Source: Planctomycetota bacterium (GTDB lineage: Bacteria; Planctomycetota; UBA8108; SXIK01). From it: DNA of 64,000 nucleotides. The translations under genes and the position numbers were made by a program. The stretch covers positions 3,072,001 through 3,136,000 of the forward strand of contig OZ244999.1 in assembly GCA_965223265.1 (NCBI GenBank), written 5' to 3'. This document shows, piece after piece, positions 10,245 to 19,955 of the stretch (the stretch's first letter is position 1; every line of letters begins with the position of its first letter). The notes beneath the pieces were generated by a model, which had not been told where the DNA came from, did not search any database, and worked only from the letters and a program-made list of their open reading frames with translations.

Positions 10245-11429
10245 ATGAGTCCCGACCAAACGGAAGAATTACAGGCTCTCCGGCAGAGCGTCGCCCGTTT
10301 CGCGTCAGAGCGCATTGCGCCATTTGCGCAGGAATGGGACCGTAAGGAGGGATATCCTGACGATCTCGTGCGCCACCTTGCGGCTCAGGGGCTGTGGGGC
10401 ATCCGGATCGACGAAGCCTACGGCGGCGCCGGAGGCGACTACGCTATGTTTGCCGTCGTGCTCGAAGAGCTCGCGCGTCATGACGGCGGTGTTGCACTGG
10501 CTGTCGAGGCGCACAACGGACTGTGCTGCGAGCACATTGCTTTGGCTGGCAGCGACTCGATCAAACAGCGGTTCTTGCCGAGTCTCGCCCGGGGGGACGT
10601 CCTCGGAAGCTGGTGCCTCAGCGAACCTGACTCCGGTACAGACGCCGCCGGAATGAAGACGCGCGCTGTGCGTGACGGCGACACGTGGGTGCTCAACGGC
10701 ACGAAACAGTTCATCACGAACGGCCATCGCGCCGGCCTTTTTGTCGTCACCGCGGTGACGTCAGCTGAAGGCGGACGCAAAGGAATCAGCGCGTTTGTGG
10801 TGGAGCGCGATACGCCCGGGCTGGAGACTGGGGCGCTTGAGGACAAGCTTGGGATGCGTTCGTCGGACACAGTCACGGTGAGTCTCTCGGACGTACGCGT
10901 GCCTGATGATCAGCGGCTCGGCGCTGTAGACGGCGCCTTTGACGACGTCAAAGTGATCCTGGCGCAAGGTCGCGTCATGATTTCGGCGTTGTGCCTCGGA
11001 CTCGCACGCGGTGCACTCGAAGAGAGCGTGCGCTATGCGGAAGAGCGACACGCATTTGGGCAACCGATCGCTAATTACCAACTGATTCAGGCGAAAGTTG
11101 CTGACATGGCGATTCAACTGGAGGCGGCGCGCGCGCTGGTTCGTGGAGCTGTCGAACGTCTGGATCGCGGTGAAAGTGTTGCATACGAGTCGGCCGTGAC
11201 GAAGGTTTTTGCTTCGGAGATGGCGACCGCTGCCTGTCTTCAGGCCATCCAGGTGCACGGCGGCTATGGATACCTGAAAGACTACAACGTCGAACGCTAC
11301 TTGCGTGACGCGAAGCTGTGCGAGATCGGTGAAGGAACGAGTGAGATTCTTCGGATTCTCGTGGCGCGTGGATTGTTTGCGCGGATGGGGCGGTCCGAAT
11401 CGACGCAGGTCGGAAAGGCGACTCGATGA
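10245..11429 (+). CDS. Acyl-CoA dehydrogenase
   Basis: LSEPDSGTD, LNGTKQFITN, KLGMRSSDT, QVHGGYGY and IGEGTSEI motifs. Confidence 0.95.
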   Translation: MSPDQTEELQALRQSVARFASERIAPFAQEWDRKEGYPDDLVRHLAAQGLWGIRIDEAYGGAGGDYAMFAVVLEELARHDGGVALAVEAHNGLCCEHIALAGSDSIKQRFLPSLARGDVLGSWCLSEPDSGTDAAGMKTRAVRDGDTWVLNGTKQFITNGHRAGLFVVTAVTSAEGGRKGISAFVVERDTPGLETGALEDKLGMRSSDTVTVSLSDVRVPDDQRLGAVDGAFDDVKVILAQGRVMISALCLGLARGALEESVRYAEERHAFGQPIANYQLIQAKVADMAIQLEAARALVRGAVERLDRGESVAYESAVTKVFASEMATAACLQAIQVHGGYGYLKDYNVERYLRDAKLCEIGEGTSEILRILVARGLFARMGRSESTQVGKATR

Positions 11430-12787
11430 TCCGCATCGCTAGCGGTCAAGCGTTTTGGGGGGACTGGTCGCAAGCCCCGGCTCTCCAAGTTCGCTCCGGA
11501 CCGATCGACTATCTGATCTTGGATTATCTGGCCGAAGTCACGATCGCGATTCTCGACAAACAGCGCGAACGCGACGCCGAGGCCGGGTTCGCCCGAGATT
11601 TTGTCCGTGACATCGGCGATCTTCTTGAAGAGCTCGTGGCTCGAAATATCAAAGTCATCGCGAGTGCGGGCGGAGTGAATCCATACGGCTGCGCGGAGGC
11701 GCTGTGTCAACGGGCGGCGGAGTGTGGCCTGCGCGGAATGAAGGTCGGCGTCGTGAGCGGCGACGACATCCGGTCGTCTCTTTTCCTCGGCGGAGGTGAC
11801 GGCCGTGTTGCCTGCCAGCCGCTTGAGTCATCTGCCCCAGATTTCGCCGCGATCGCACCGCAGATGAGCAGCGCTCACGTCTACCTTGGTGCAGAACCCA
11901 TCGCCGCAGCGCTGCGCGGCGGAGCGCAGATCGTCGTCACTGGGCGCTGCACCGACACTGCACTCGCGCTTGGACCGATGATCCACGAGTTCGATGTCGC
12001 CGCGGACGACTGGGATGCTCTGGCGCTGGGAACCGTGGTCGGACACATCCTCGAGTGCGGCGGACAGTCCACAGGCGGCAACTACATGGCCGACTGGCGA
12101 TCGGTCCCGGATGTCGAGCGACTTGGCTTCCCGATTGCTGAAGTTCATTCCCGCGAACGCGCCACGGTGACCAAACATGAGTCGCTCGGGGGGATCGTCG
12201 ATCTTGCTTCCGTCAAGGAACAGCTGCTGTACGAGATCGGCGATCCGTCAGCGTACATAACCGCAGATTGCGTCGTCGATTTCACGACGATTCAGTTGCG
12301 GCAAGAGGACACCAATCGAGTCGAAGTGACGGGAGTGCGAGGCAAACCGGCACCGTCGACGCTTAAGGTTTCGTGCATTTACGACGCAGGCTGGAAGGTG
12401 ACTGGCCAGTTGACGTACTGCTGGCCAGATGCCGTCGAAAAGGCTCGACGAGGCGGTGAGATCGTGAGGCGCCGCACAGAGACGAAAACTGGCGCGGTTT
12501 TTGACGAGTGGCGAGTCGAGCTCGTCGGGGTCGATTCGTGCCACGGCCCGCTCACATCTGTAGCGGCCGAACCACAGGAAGTCACGCTGCGTGTTTCGGC
12601 GCGGTCCACGAGTCAGGAAGCTTGCGAGGAAGTAGGGCGTGAGATCATTGGGTTGATCCTGACAGGCCCTCCCGGAGTGACCGGGTATGCGGGCGGACGC
12701 CCAAGAGCTTCGCGACTGCGAAATATTTGGTCTGGCCTCGTGCCGCGGGCGTGTGTGCAGCCAAACGTTGAGGTGATTTCCGCATGA
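11426..12787 (+). CDS. Acyclic terpene utilization AtuA-family protein (DUF1446), N-terminal part
   Basis: FWGD, DYLAE, TGRCTD, GHILECGGQSTGGNY and EQLLYEIGDP motifs; ATGA overlap with the upstream gene. Confidence 0.88.
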   Translation: MIRIASGQAFWGDWSQAPALQVRSGPIDYLILDYLAEVTIAILDKQRERDAEAGFARDFVRDIGDLLEELVARNIKVIASAGGVNPYGCAEALCQRAAECGLRGMKVGVVSGDDIRSSLFLGGGDGRVACQPLESSAPDFAAIAPQMSSAHVYLGAEPIAAALRGGAQIVVTGRCTDTALALGPMIHEFDVAADDWDALALGTVVGHILECGGQSTGGNYMADWRSVPDVERLGFPIAEVHSRERATVTKHESLGGIVDLASVKEQLLYEIGDPSAYITADCVVDFTTIQLRQEDTNRVEVTGVRGKPAPSTLKVSCIYDAGWKVTGQLTYCWPDAVEKARRGGEIVRRRTETKTGAVFDEWRVELVGVDSCHGPLTSVAAEPQEVTLRVSARSTSQEACEEVGREIIGLILTGPPGVTGYAGGRPRASRLRNIWSGLVPRACVQPNVEVISA

Positions 12788-13182
12788 AGATGCGACTGCT
12801 CCTGTTGGCTCATGGTCGCTCCGGTGACAAGGGCGACACCGTCAACATCGGCATCATTTCCCGTCGGTCGCAGTGGTATCCTGAACTGAAGCGACAGCTC
12901 ACTGCTGAGCGCGTCAAGGAGTACCTGAGTCCTCTCGATATCGGCGACGTTGAGCGCTACGACTTGGACAACCTCGAAGCGTTCAATTTCGTCATCGCCC
13001 ATGCTCTCAGCGGTGGTGGTGCGGTGTCGCTGCGTCTCGACGCGCAAGGAAAGACGTACGCGCAGGCGCTTTTGCGGCTGCCCATGGATGTTCCGGACAA
13101 TGTCGGCCGCGAGGTGCTTGAGGCTTGGGGGGATCGATTACCGCGAGACGGCATCCTGACAACCGACCAGGCTCCGGTGTGA
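12784..13182 (+). CDS. AtuA-related small protein (stand-alone AtuA C-terminal domain)
   Basis: AHGRSGDKGD and LSGGG..SLRLDAQGK motifs; ATGA overlap. Confidence 0.85.
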   Translation: MKMRLLLLAHGRSGDKGDTVNIGIISRRSQWYPELKRQLTAERVKEYLSPLDIGDVERYDLDNLEAFNFVIAHALSGGGAVSLRLDAQGKTYAQALLRLPMDVPDNVGREVLEAWGDRLPRDGILTTDQAPV

Positions 13183-13267
13183 ATCGGTGTAGCAAACGGG
13201 TGTGCGGTCGTGGTGGCGACTCGCCTGCACGACCGCGGGATCTCAGCGGAGGAGGCGCGTTTTGACG

Positions 13268-14050
13268 ATGAGCCTTGTGATCTCGAAGACCACGAACGGC
13301 GTATGCCACGTCGAGCTCAATCGTCCGGAGAAGCGCAACGCTCTTTGCTTCGACTTGCTCGGCGAGCTGGCAACTGAGATCCAGCGCGCACAGAACGATC
13401 CGGCTACGAGCGTTTTGCTCATGACCGCGCGTGGTCCAGCGTTTTGCTCCGGCATGGATCTGAAGGCAGTCGACCTAACGGATCGAGGCATCGCGCAGCA
13501 ATTCGGTGACGCTCTTGCCGAAGTATACCAGCGCCTGCTAGGACTCGACGTGCCTCTCGTCGCTGCGGTCGACGGACCCGCACTCGGCGGCGGCCTCGGA
13601 CTCGCTGTGGCGGCAGATTTCGTCTTCGCGGGAGGCAAGGCTCGCTTCGCTCTTCCCGAGACACGACTCGGCTTGGTCCCTGCACTCGTCTCGGTGGTAG
13701 CGCGGCGCCGTTTGACGTTACAGCGACTCGTTGCTGTCACGGTCTGTGACGCTTTGTTCGACGCTCGCGAAGCCGTCGCCAGCGGGCTTGCCGACGTCTA
13801 CACCGAGGACGCAGGATCCGCGGCTGCCATCGAGCACTCACAACGACTCGCTCAAGAGCGATCGAGCGCGGCCGCGCAGCGTACGAAACGTTTTCTGAGG
13901 CAATTTGAACCCGACGTCGTCAGCCAACAACTCTCGCGCGCCAGTGCAGAATTCGTCGCTGCCGTCGCGATGCCTGAAGCTCAACGTGGGCTCGCGGCTT
14001 TTCGTCGTGGCGAGACGGTGTCATGGTGCGCCAATACAGGGCAGGAATGA
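13268..14050 (+). CDS. Enoyl-CoA hydratase/isomerase family (methylglutaconyl-CoA hydratase-like)
   Basis: LNRPEKRNAL, FCSGMDL, GGGLGL and FALPETRLG motifs; GGAGGAGG RBS. Confidence 0.88.
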   Translation: MSLVISKTTNGVCHVELNRPEKRNALCFDLLGELATEIQRAQNDPATSVLLMTARGPAFCSGMDLKAVDLTDRGIAQQFGDALAEVYQRLLGLDVPLVAAVDGPALGGGLGLAVAADFVFAGGKARFALPETRLGLVPALVSVVARRRLTLQRLVAVTVCDALFDAREAVASGLADVYTEDAGSAAAIEHSQRLAQERSSAAAQRTKRFLRQFEPDVVSQQLSRASAEFVAAVAMPEAQRGLAAFRRGETVSWCANTGQE

Positions 14051-15693
14051 ACCGCAAGACAAAGCCGCTGAGTCCTCACACTGCTGTCCTACAGGACCTA
14101 GAAAGACGATTGGCCGAGCAGTCAGTCGCAGGTTCCGAGGCCGCTATTGCTCGCCAGCACAGCAAGGGCAAACTGACAATTCCTGAGCGACTCGATCTGC
14201 TGCTAGATCGGACCGCCGATCGTTTCGAGATCGGAGCGTTTGCCGCCGACGGGATGTACACCGACCAGGGACGCATCGTCGCCGCAGGAGTTCGGGTCGT
14301 GATCGGCAAGGTCTCCGGTCGGGACTGCATCGTCATCGCGAATGACTCCATGGTCAAAAGTGGCACCTGGTTTCCTCTGACGATCCGAAAGATCTTACGG
14401 GCGCAGGAGGTGGCCATGGAAAACCGCCTGCCGGCGATCTACTTGGTCGATTCCGGCGGCCTCTTCTTGCCGTTACAGCATGAGAGCTTTCCGGACCACG
14501 ACGGAGCTGGCCGAATCTTCTACAACAACGCCCGCTTGTCTGCCCTCGGTGTACCGCAGATTGCCGCCGTCATGGGGCCATGCGTTGCGGGCGGCGCGTA
14601 CATTCCAGCTCTTTGCGATGAGCTCCTCATGGTTCAAGGCACGAGCGGCATTTTCCTCGGTGGACCTTACTTGGTCAAAGCCGCGATCGGCGAGGACGCC
14701 GACAGCGAGGCGCTGGGCGGAGCGTCAACGCACACGAAGCTGAGCGGTATGGCTGACTTTGAGGACGCGACAGAGGAGCGGTGTCTCGCACGCGTGCGGC
14801 GTCTGGCCGCGCAGTGGCCGTCGTGTGAGCCTCGAGACGGAGACAGCGACGGTGCGGCCAGCGAGCCGCCGTCAGTGGTTGATCGGGTGTCCCCGGAGGG
14901 GGATCCGGCCTCGATTTTGACGATTCTTCCTGAGGATCGACGCAGCGCGTATGACATGAGAGAGCTCTTGGCGCATGTCATCGATCGGGGTAGCTGGGAG
15001 GAGTACAAGGCGGATTACGGCAAGACGCTTCTCACTGCCACGGCTCGTATCGGCGGCAAAGCCGTCGGCATCGTCGCGAACCAGCGTCTGGTCACGAAGA
15101 ACGCTGCTGGGGAGATGCAGATTGGAGGCGTCATCTACTCAGACTCAGCGAGCAAGGCCGCGCGGTTCGTCCTCGGGTGTAACCAGAAGTCCTTACCGCT
15201 CGTCTTTTTCCAAGACGTCACGGGTTTCATGGTGGGGACGCGCGCCGAGCAAGGCGGAATCATCAAGGACGGTGCTAAGCTTGTCAGTGCCGTCAGCAAT
15301 TCACGCGTACCGAAGATCACTGTGATCGTCGGTAACAGCTATGGTGCAGGCAACTACGCGCTGTGTGGGCGTGCCTACGCACCTCGATTCCTCCTCGCCT
15401 GGCCGACAGCGAGCATCGCCGTCATGGGAGGCGAGCAGGCCGCTGACACGATCTTGAGTATCGAGAAGGCGAAGGCGAAAGGCACGCTGAGCTCCGACGA
15501 AGAGAGCGAAATCCTCGCGAGAATTCGGCGCGCGTACGAAGCCTCCGAGTCGCCCTACTACGCCGCAGCTCGCCTTTGGGCTGATGCGATCATCGATCCA
15601 CGCACGACGCGCGACGTGCTGAGCCGACTTCTCGACATCACCGCGCGGGCCCCGCAAGAGGACAGTTTCAATCTCGGCGTCTTTCAAGTCTGA
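14047..15693 (+). CDS. Acyl-CoA carboxylase carboxyltransferase subunit (methylcrotonyl-CoA carboxylase beta-like)
   Basis: LVDSGG, CVAGGAY, QDVTGFMVG, SYGAGNY and AVMGGEQAA motifs; C-terminal GVFQV. Confidence 0.92.
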   Translation: MNRKTKPLSPHTAVLQDLERRLAEQSVAGSEAAIARQHSKGKLTIPERLDLLLDRTADRFEIGAFAADGMYTDQGRIVAAGVRVVIGKVSGRDCIVIANDSMVKSGTWFPLTIRKILRAQEVAMENRLPAIYLVDSGGLFLPLQHESFPDHDGAGRIFYNNARLSALGVPQIAAVMGPCVAGGAYIPALCDELLMVQGTSGIFLGGPYLVKAAIGEDADSEALGGASTHTKLSGMADFEDATEERCLARVRRLAAQWPSCEPRDGDSDGAASEPPSVVDRVSPEGDPASILTILPEDRRSAYDMRELLAHVIDRGSWEEYKADYGKTLLTATARIGGKAVGIVANQRLVTKNAAGEMQIGGVIYSDSASKAARFVLGCNQKSLPLVFFQDVTGFMVGTRAEQGGIIKDGAKLVSAVSNSRVPKITVIVGNSYGAGNYALCGRAYAPRFLLAWPTASIAVMGGEQAADTILSIEKAKAKGTLSSDEESEILARIRRAYEASESPYYAAARLWADAIIDPRTTRDVLSRLLDITARAPQEDSFNLGVFQV

Positions 15694-16082
15694 GTGATCG
15701 GCGCTGGGTGACGACGCGACGAGGCTGCTGGTGCGGGGCTGCGTGGCGGAACGGTGATTCTGGGTTGCGCGGTCGCTTCGCAGGTCTCGGGATGGTCGGC
15801 GTGTGGGTGGGAGTGGGAGTGCTCTGCGTCTGATTCTGTATCCGTATGCGTGTCTGCCTCCGCCTCTGACTCTGCCTCCGCCTCTGACTCTGCCTCCGCC
15901 TCTGACTCTGCCTCCGCCTCTGACTCTGCCTCCGCCTCTGACTCTGCCTCCGCCTCTGACTCTGCCTCCGTCTCTGACTCTGCCTCCGCCTCTGACTCTG
16001 CCTCCGCCTCTGACTCTGCCTCCGCCTCTGACTCTGCCTCTCCCAGTCGTTCTCCCGCTCGATCGCCGACTCCGTATCCCAC
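15684..16082 (-). CDS. Candidate low-complexity acidic protein, (EAEAES)n plus His-rich tract
   Basis: GTG start 5 nt after the GT4 stop, SD-like GGGTGG upstream, stop overlaps the convergent gene end; no homology recognisable. Confidence 0.35.
   Translation of the reverse strand: MGYGVGDRAGERLGEAESEAEAESEAEAESEAEAESETEAESEAEAESEAEAESEAEAESEAEAESEAEAESEAEADTHTDTESDAEHSHSHPHADHPETCEATAQPRITVPPRSPAPAASSRRHPAPITQT
15853..16040. repeat. 18-bp tandem repeat (TCTGCCTCCGCCTCTGAC), about 10.4 copies
   Basis: Ten full copies, one with a single C>T change at 15971, plus a partial copy; degenerate 6-bp periodicity extends left to about 15800. Confidence 0.97.
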
Positions 16083-16087
16083 GTGTT

Positions 16088-17290
16088 TCAGCCACCCGTT
16101 CGTCCAGAGATCTCAAGACAAAGCCGGCGCGTGCGTCGCACACACGTTTCGATATCGAAGCAATCCTCGGCCTTGCGTCGCGCAGCGTGTGTCAGCCGTT
16201 CGCGTTCGGGAGCGTCGGTGAGCATTCGATGCAGGCGTTCAGCAGTACTCTTTGCGTCGTCCACCGGCACCAGCCAGCCGGTTTCTCCATCGTCGATGAT
16301 TTCTGCAGTACCACCGGCGTCTGTCGCGACAACGGCTGTCGCCATCGCGGCTGCCTCGAGGAGGACGCGTCCAAGGGGTTCCTGCCGCGCGGTGTGGACC
16401 AACACGTCGATGTCCCGCAAGATCGCCGGGACATCGCTCCGCCAACCAAGGAAGTAGATGCGGTCGGTCAAGTCGCTTCGCCGAACTTGCTCATGAAGCT
16501 GTCGTTCGAACTCTACATTCTCGGCCTTTTCGGAGAAGCGAGCGCCCACGATGATGCCGTGTAGATCCGGGAGGACCTTTTGGCAGCGGATGAAGGCGTC
16601 AAGAAACACATCCGTTGCTTTGCGCAGCGAAATCTGGCCGATCGTTGCAACGAGCGGTACGTCCCGGCGGAGGTTCAACTCGCTACGAATCGAACCGCGA
16701 ACCTGAGAGCGATCCAGCTGGGTCAGGTCGACCCCGTTGTGGATCACTTCGATCTGTCCTGCGTCGACACCTTCGGCGACGAGGTGTGCTTTCACCGCGT
16801 GCGATACCGCAACAACGCGTGTGTTTTTCGACAGACGGGCACGTCGTGCGCCGCTCAGGCGCTCGATTTCTCTGACGTGCGCCAGGGACGGAACGCCGAG
16901 CGACTCGCCGACAAGACCGCTGACGAGACCTGTCGAGAGAGAATTGCCATGCACCAAGTCGGCGGAGACCATCTCCGCCAAGTGTGCGGCATTGCGTTCC
17001 GCCGGCGACTTTCCATCCTGTGGCTGGCGGCAGCGCTCAAAAGGCACAAGCTGCACGCTTCCCAAGGCTTCGATGGCCGCGGCCATGTGACTCTCGGGCG
17101 GTGCGGTCGCCTGGAAGCTGAATTCGTTCTGCAGTCGACGCATCACTTCGAGCATGGAGCGTTCGCCGCCGCTGACCGTTGGATGCTCGAAAAGGGTTGT
17201 GACACGCAGCCGTGGTGATCGTAGCGGCGCCTGACGAGTATGCGTCCGAGGTGACTGGCCACCCTCAGTGTCACTATGATCGGTCTTCAC
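16088..17290 (-). CDS. Glycosyltransferase family 4
   Basis: SGGERS, VIHNGVD, EPLGRVLLEA (EX7E) and GGTAEII.DGETG motifs. Confidence 0.93.
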   Translation of the reverse strand: MKTDHSDTEGGQSPRTHTRQAPLRSPRLRVTTLFEHPTVSGGERSMLEVMRRLQNEFSFQATAPPESHMAAAIEALGSVQLVPFERCRQPQDGKSPAERNAAHLAEMVSADLVHGNSLSTGLVSGLVGESLGVPSLAHVREIERLSGARRARLSKNTRVVAVSHAVKAHLVAEGVDAGQIEVIHNGVDLTQLDRSQVRGSIRSELNLRRDVPLVATIGQISLRKATDVFLDAFIRCQKVLPDLHGIIVGARFSEKAENVEFERQLHEQVRRSDLTDRIYFLGWRSDVPAILRDIDVLVHTARQEPLGRVLLEAAAMATAVVATDAGGTAEIIDDGETGWLVPVDDAKSTAERLHRMLTDAPERERLTHAARRKAEDCFDIETCVRRTRRLCLEISGRTGG

Positions 17291-18255
17291 GTCACCACGT
17301 TCTGTGGTCGGCCTGCGAAGAACGAAACGACGTTGTCGACGCAGCCGCTGTTGAGAAGATCGATGCCTTCAGGGGTCTGATCAGCAGCGTGGGGGGTGAG
17401 CACCACCTGTTCGCAGCGCAGAAGCGGATGGTCTGCCGGCAGCGGTTCGATGTCGAAGACGTCAAGGGCGGCGCCGCCGAGGTAGCCTGAGTCGAGGCTT
17501 GCAATGAGAGCATCGGTGTCAATGACAGCTCCGCGCGCGGTGTTGACAAGCAAGGCGCCGCGGCGCATTTGGCCGAGTTCGCGCGCGCCAATCAGACCGG
17601 AGCTGTCGTCTGTCAACTTGACGTGGAGGCTCACAGCGTCGCTTTCTCGGAGCACGACCGAGAGGTCTGCATACTCAAAGCCAAGACGTGATGCCTTTTC
17701 GGTGGAGGGGTGAAAGGACCATGCTATGACGCGCATGCCAAACCCCTTGGCGAGGGCGATCATTTCGCATCCGATGTTGCCGGTGCCGATGACTCCCAGC
17801 GTCTTGCCACGCAGAGAAGTCGCCAGACGACGTGTCCAGCGGCCAGCCTTCATCTCGATCGTCTGAAAGGCCGTTTGGCGTGCAGCGGCTAAAAGGAGCG
17901 AGAATGCGTGTTCGGCGACGACCGGTGCTGTGCGTCCCGGAATGTTCGAGACAACAATGCCAAGATCGCGCGCTGCGTCGAGGTCGATCGCGTCGGTGCC
18001 GATGCCACAGACCGTGAACATTCGGAGCTGGGGAAGCTGTTCGAGCACCTGCCGTGGCCACTTGACTTGTCCTCGGGAGTTAATGATGGCAGTCGCAGTA
18101 CGACTCCGCTCGAGTTGCTCCTCAACGCTGCCCGGACGAGTGTCGTAGAGTACGACGTCACCGAAGTCACTGAGACGCTCGAGGCGAGGTGAGCCGGCGA
18201 TCTGCGGCGGGTCGTCACCCGGGACGACGATGACGGGGCGATCGGTTGATGTCAT
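17287..18255 (-). CDS. D-isomer-specific 2-hydroxyacid dehydrogenase
   Basis: GVIGTGNIG, LVNTARG, ALDVFDIEP and LTPH motifs; overlaps the GT4 start. Confidence 0.92.
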   Translation of the reverse strand: MTSTDRPVIVVPGDDPPQIAGSPRLERLSDFGDVVLYDTRPGSVEEQLERSRTATAIINSRGQVKWPRQVLEQLPQLRMFTVCGIGTDAIDLDAARDLGIVVSNIPGRTAPVVAEHAFSLLLAAARQTAFQTIEMKAGRWTRRLATSLRGKTLGVIGTGNIGCEMIALAKGFGMRVIAWSFHPSTEKASRLGFEYADLSVVLRESDAVSLHVKLTDDSSGLIGARELGQMRRGALLVNTARGAVIDTDALIASLDSGYLGGAALDVFDIEPLPADHPLLRCEQVVLTPHAADQTPEGIDLLNSGCVDNVVSFFAGRPQNVVT

Positions 18256-18339
18256 GGGTCTCCTACCAATGAAATGGACTCGCGTCGCCGCAGCCGTCAG
18301 TGGAAGGCGCGATGAACAGCTGGAATGGCGCTGCAGGTT

Positions 18340-18723
18340 TTATCGGGTTGCGGTTCCTGAGACGTGGACCTCTCGAACCCAGAAGATCAGGAAGGATGTC
18401 CACCGCGAGTCGGCGCGTGACGTGATGTCGGTGACACGCTGCGCACCCAGCTCCTGAGCCTTCCGCGTCAGCATAGCAACGCCTCGCTCTGCCGTCGTCG
18501 TGTCTTCGAAGAAGGTATACGAACCTGGCTCGGTGTCGCTGCCGCAGATAAAGGGCCACCCGAAGAAATAAACGCCCCAGCAACTCGCATTCACGTGCGC
18601 GATCGTCGTCGAATCGTCGCTCAGCTGCAGCCCATCCGGTCGATCGATGACGGCGACGTTCGAGCAGCCGCTGAGGGCCAGGACGGCCACGACTCCGAAA
18701 ACAAAAAACAGGTGAGTCTTCAT
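18340..18723 (-). CDS. Small lipoprotein of unknown function
   Basis: MK plus hydrophobic core plus LSGC lipobox; KAQELGA helix resembles YbjQ/TRL-like small domains. Confidence 0.7.
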   Translation of the reverse strand: MKTHLFFVFGVVAVLALSGCSNVAVIDRPDGLQLSDDSTTIAHVNASCWGVYFFGWPFICGSDTEPGSYTFFEDTTTAERGVAMLTRKAQELGAQRVTDITSRADSRWTSFLIFWVREVHVSGTATR

Positions 18724-18899
18724 GAGGTCGTCGATACGTTCCTATCCTGAACGTTGAAGGCCCCGCCTCAGTCTGGGCACGACGTCGGTCGTGGAAGAGC
18801 GGCTCTCGCACGGACGACGGATCTGCGGCCAAGCCCAAAGGTTGTCGCGTTGCGTAGTCTACACTTTTCGCGTCGGCGCCTCCTTGGTATTTTGGGTGT

Positions 18900-19889
18900 A
18901 TGCAAAGTTCATACGAGAAAGCCGCCTACGTCGGGCGACGTGAGTTTTTGAAAGTGGCTGGTGCTACCCTGGCGGCGAGCGCGACGACTGTCAGTGTCAG
19001 CGTCGGCAGAGCTGCGACGAGCGGTGGAGCGGAACGTCAACCGCTCGTCATCGATTGCCACGCCCATCCGTACGGCACCGACGCGGAGCTCTATCCGACC
19101 GTGGAGCGACCCTACCGGCCGCCGCCCGGGACCGGCACACTCGAGCATCTGCGCCGCGAAATGAAGCGAGCGGGTGTAACACACGTGACGCTGATCCAGA
19201 CGAGCACTTTCTACAAGTGGGACAATCGTTTCACGGTTGACTCAGCTCGCGGCAGCGACGGCGAGTTGACGGCAGTCTGCACTCTTGACCCGGATAATCC
19301 ACGCAGCCCCGAGATCTTGCGTCGGTACGTGCGCGAAGGAGGTGTACGTGGCATGCGGAGCATCCCCGGTCGCAGCGGACGACTCGACGATGCCGGCGTC
19401 GACAAGCTCTGGTCAGTTGCTGCAGATCTTGGAATCGTGATCAACGTCCTGGTCAACCGTGACCAGCGTCGGAATATCGAAGCTCTGGCGCGTCGCCATC
19501 CGCGTCTTCGTTTTGTGATCGACCACTGCCTCAATCTGAGCGCCGGCCCCGACATGAGCGAGACTTTGCAGGACGTGCTCGCGCTCGCGGAGTTGCCGAA
19601 CGCCCACGCTAAGCTGACGTTTATCCCCACGGGGAGTGCAGAGGAATATCCGTGCCGCGACCTCCACGACCCCTGTCGACGCATTATCGAAGCCTTTGAG
19701 CCGAATCGTTGCGTGTGGGGAAGCGATTTTCCGTGCGAGCTGTGGTGCCCCAAGCTCACCTACTCCCAGCACCTCCGCATTTTCACGCACTACCTGGGGC
19801 TCGACGCGCGGTCCCAGCGAGAGATCCTTGGCGAGACCGCGCACAAGCTTTGGTTCGCCCCGCTGAACGCCCCAGGAGCGACCGGGTAG
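18900..19889 (+). CDS. TAT-exported amidohydrolase_2 (sugar lactonase-like)
   Basis: RREFLK twin-arginine signal; IDCHAH, IDH and WGSDFP motifs. Confidence 0.85.
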   Translation: MQSSYEKAAYVGRREFLKVAGATLAASATTVSVSVGRAATSGGAERQPLVIDCHAHPYGTDAELYPTVERPYRPPPGTGTLEHLRREMKRAGVTHVTLIQTSTFYKWDNRFTVDSARGSDGELTAVCTLDPDNPRSPEILRRYVREGGVRGMRSIPGRSGRLDDAGVDKLWSVAADLGIVINVLVNRDQRRNIEALARRHPRLRFVIDHCLNLSAGPDMSETLQDVLALAELPNAHAKLTFIPTGSAEEYPCRDLHDPCRRIIEAFEPNRCVWGSDFPCELWCPKLTYSQHLRIFTHYLGLDARSQREILGETAHKLWFAPLNAPGATG

Positions 19890-19955
19890 CGCCCCGTGTG
19901 GTCAGGGAGGTCATTCGCGTCTCCTGCTATCTTCCAGAGTCTCTCGGCGGGCGAG

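Noticed and set aside
12784-12787. AtuA split as a frameshift pseudogene
   Set aside because: Clean ATGA coupling and both parts keep intact motifs; two-gene forms are a natural arrangement
15853-16040. Repeat as a CRISPR array
   Set aside because: Units are contiguous with no unique spacers, and there are no cas genes in the window
15301-16564. Alternative repeat-spanning ORFs: (GGGRVR)n, (PPPLTL)n, (SASASD)n
   Set aside because: Each overlaps a well-supported gene extensively and stays open mainly because the repeat lacks stops in those frames; the SASASD frame is noted only as an alternative
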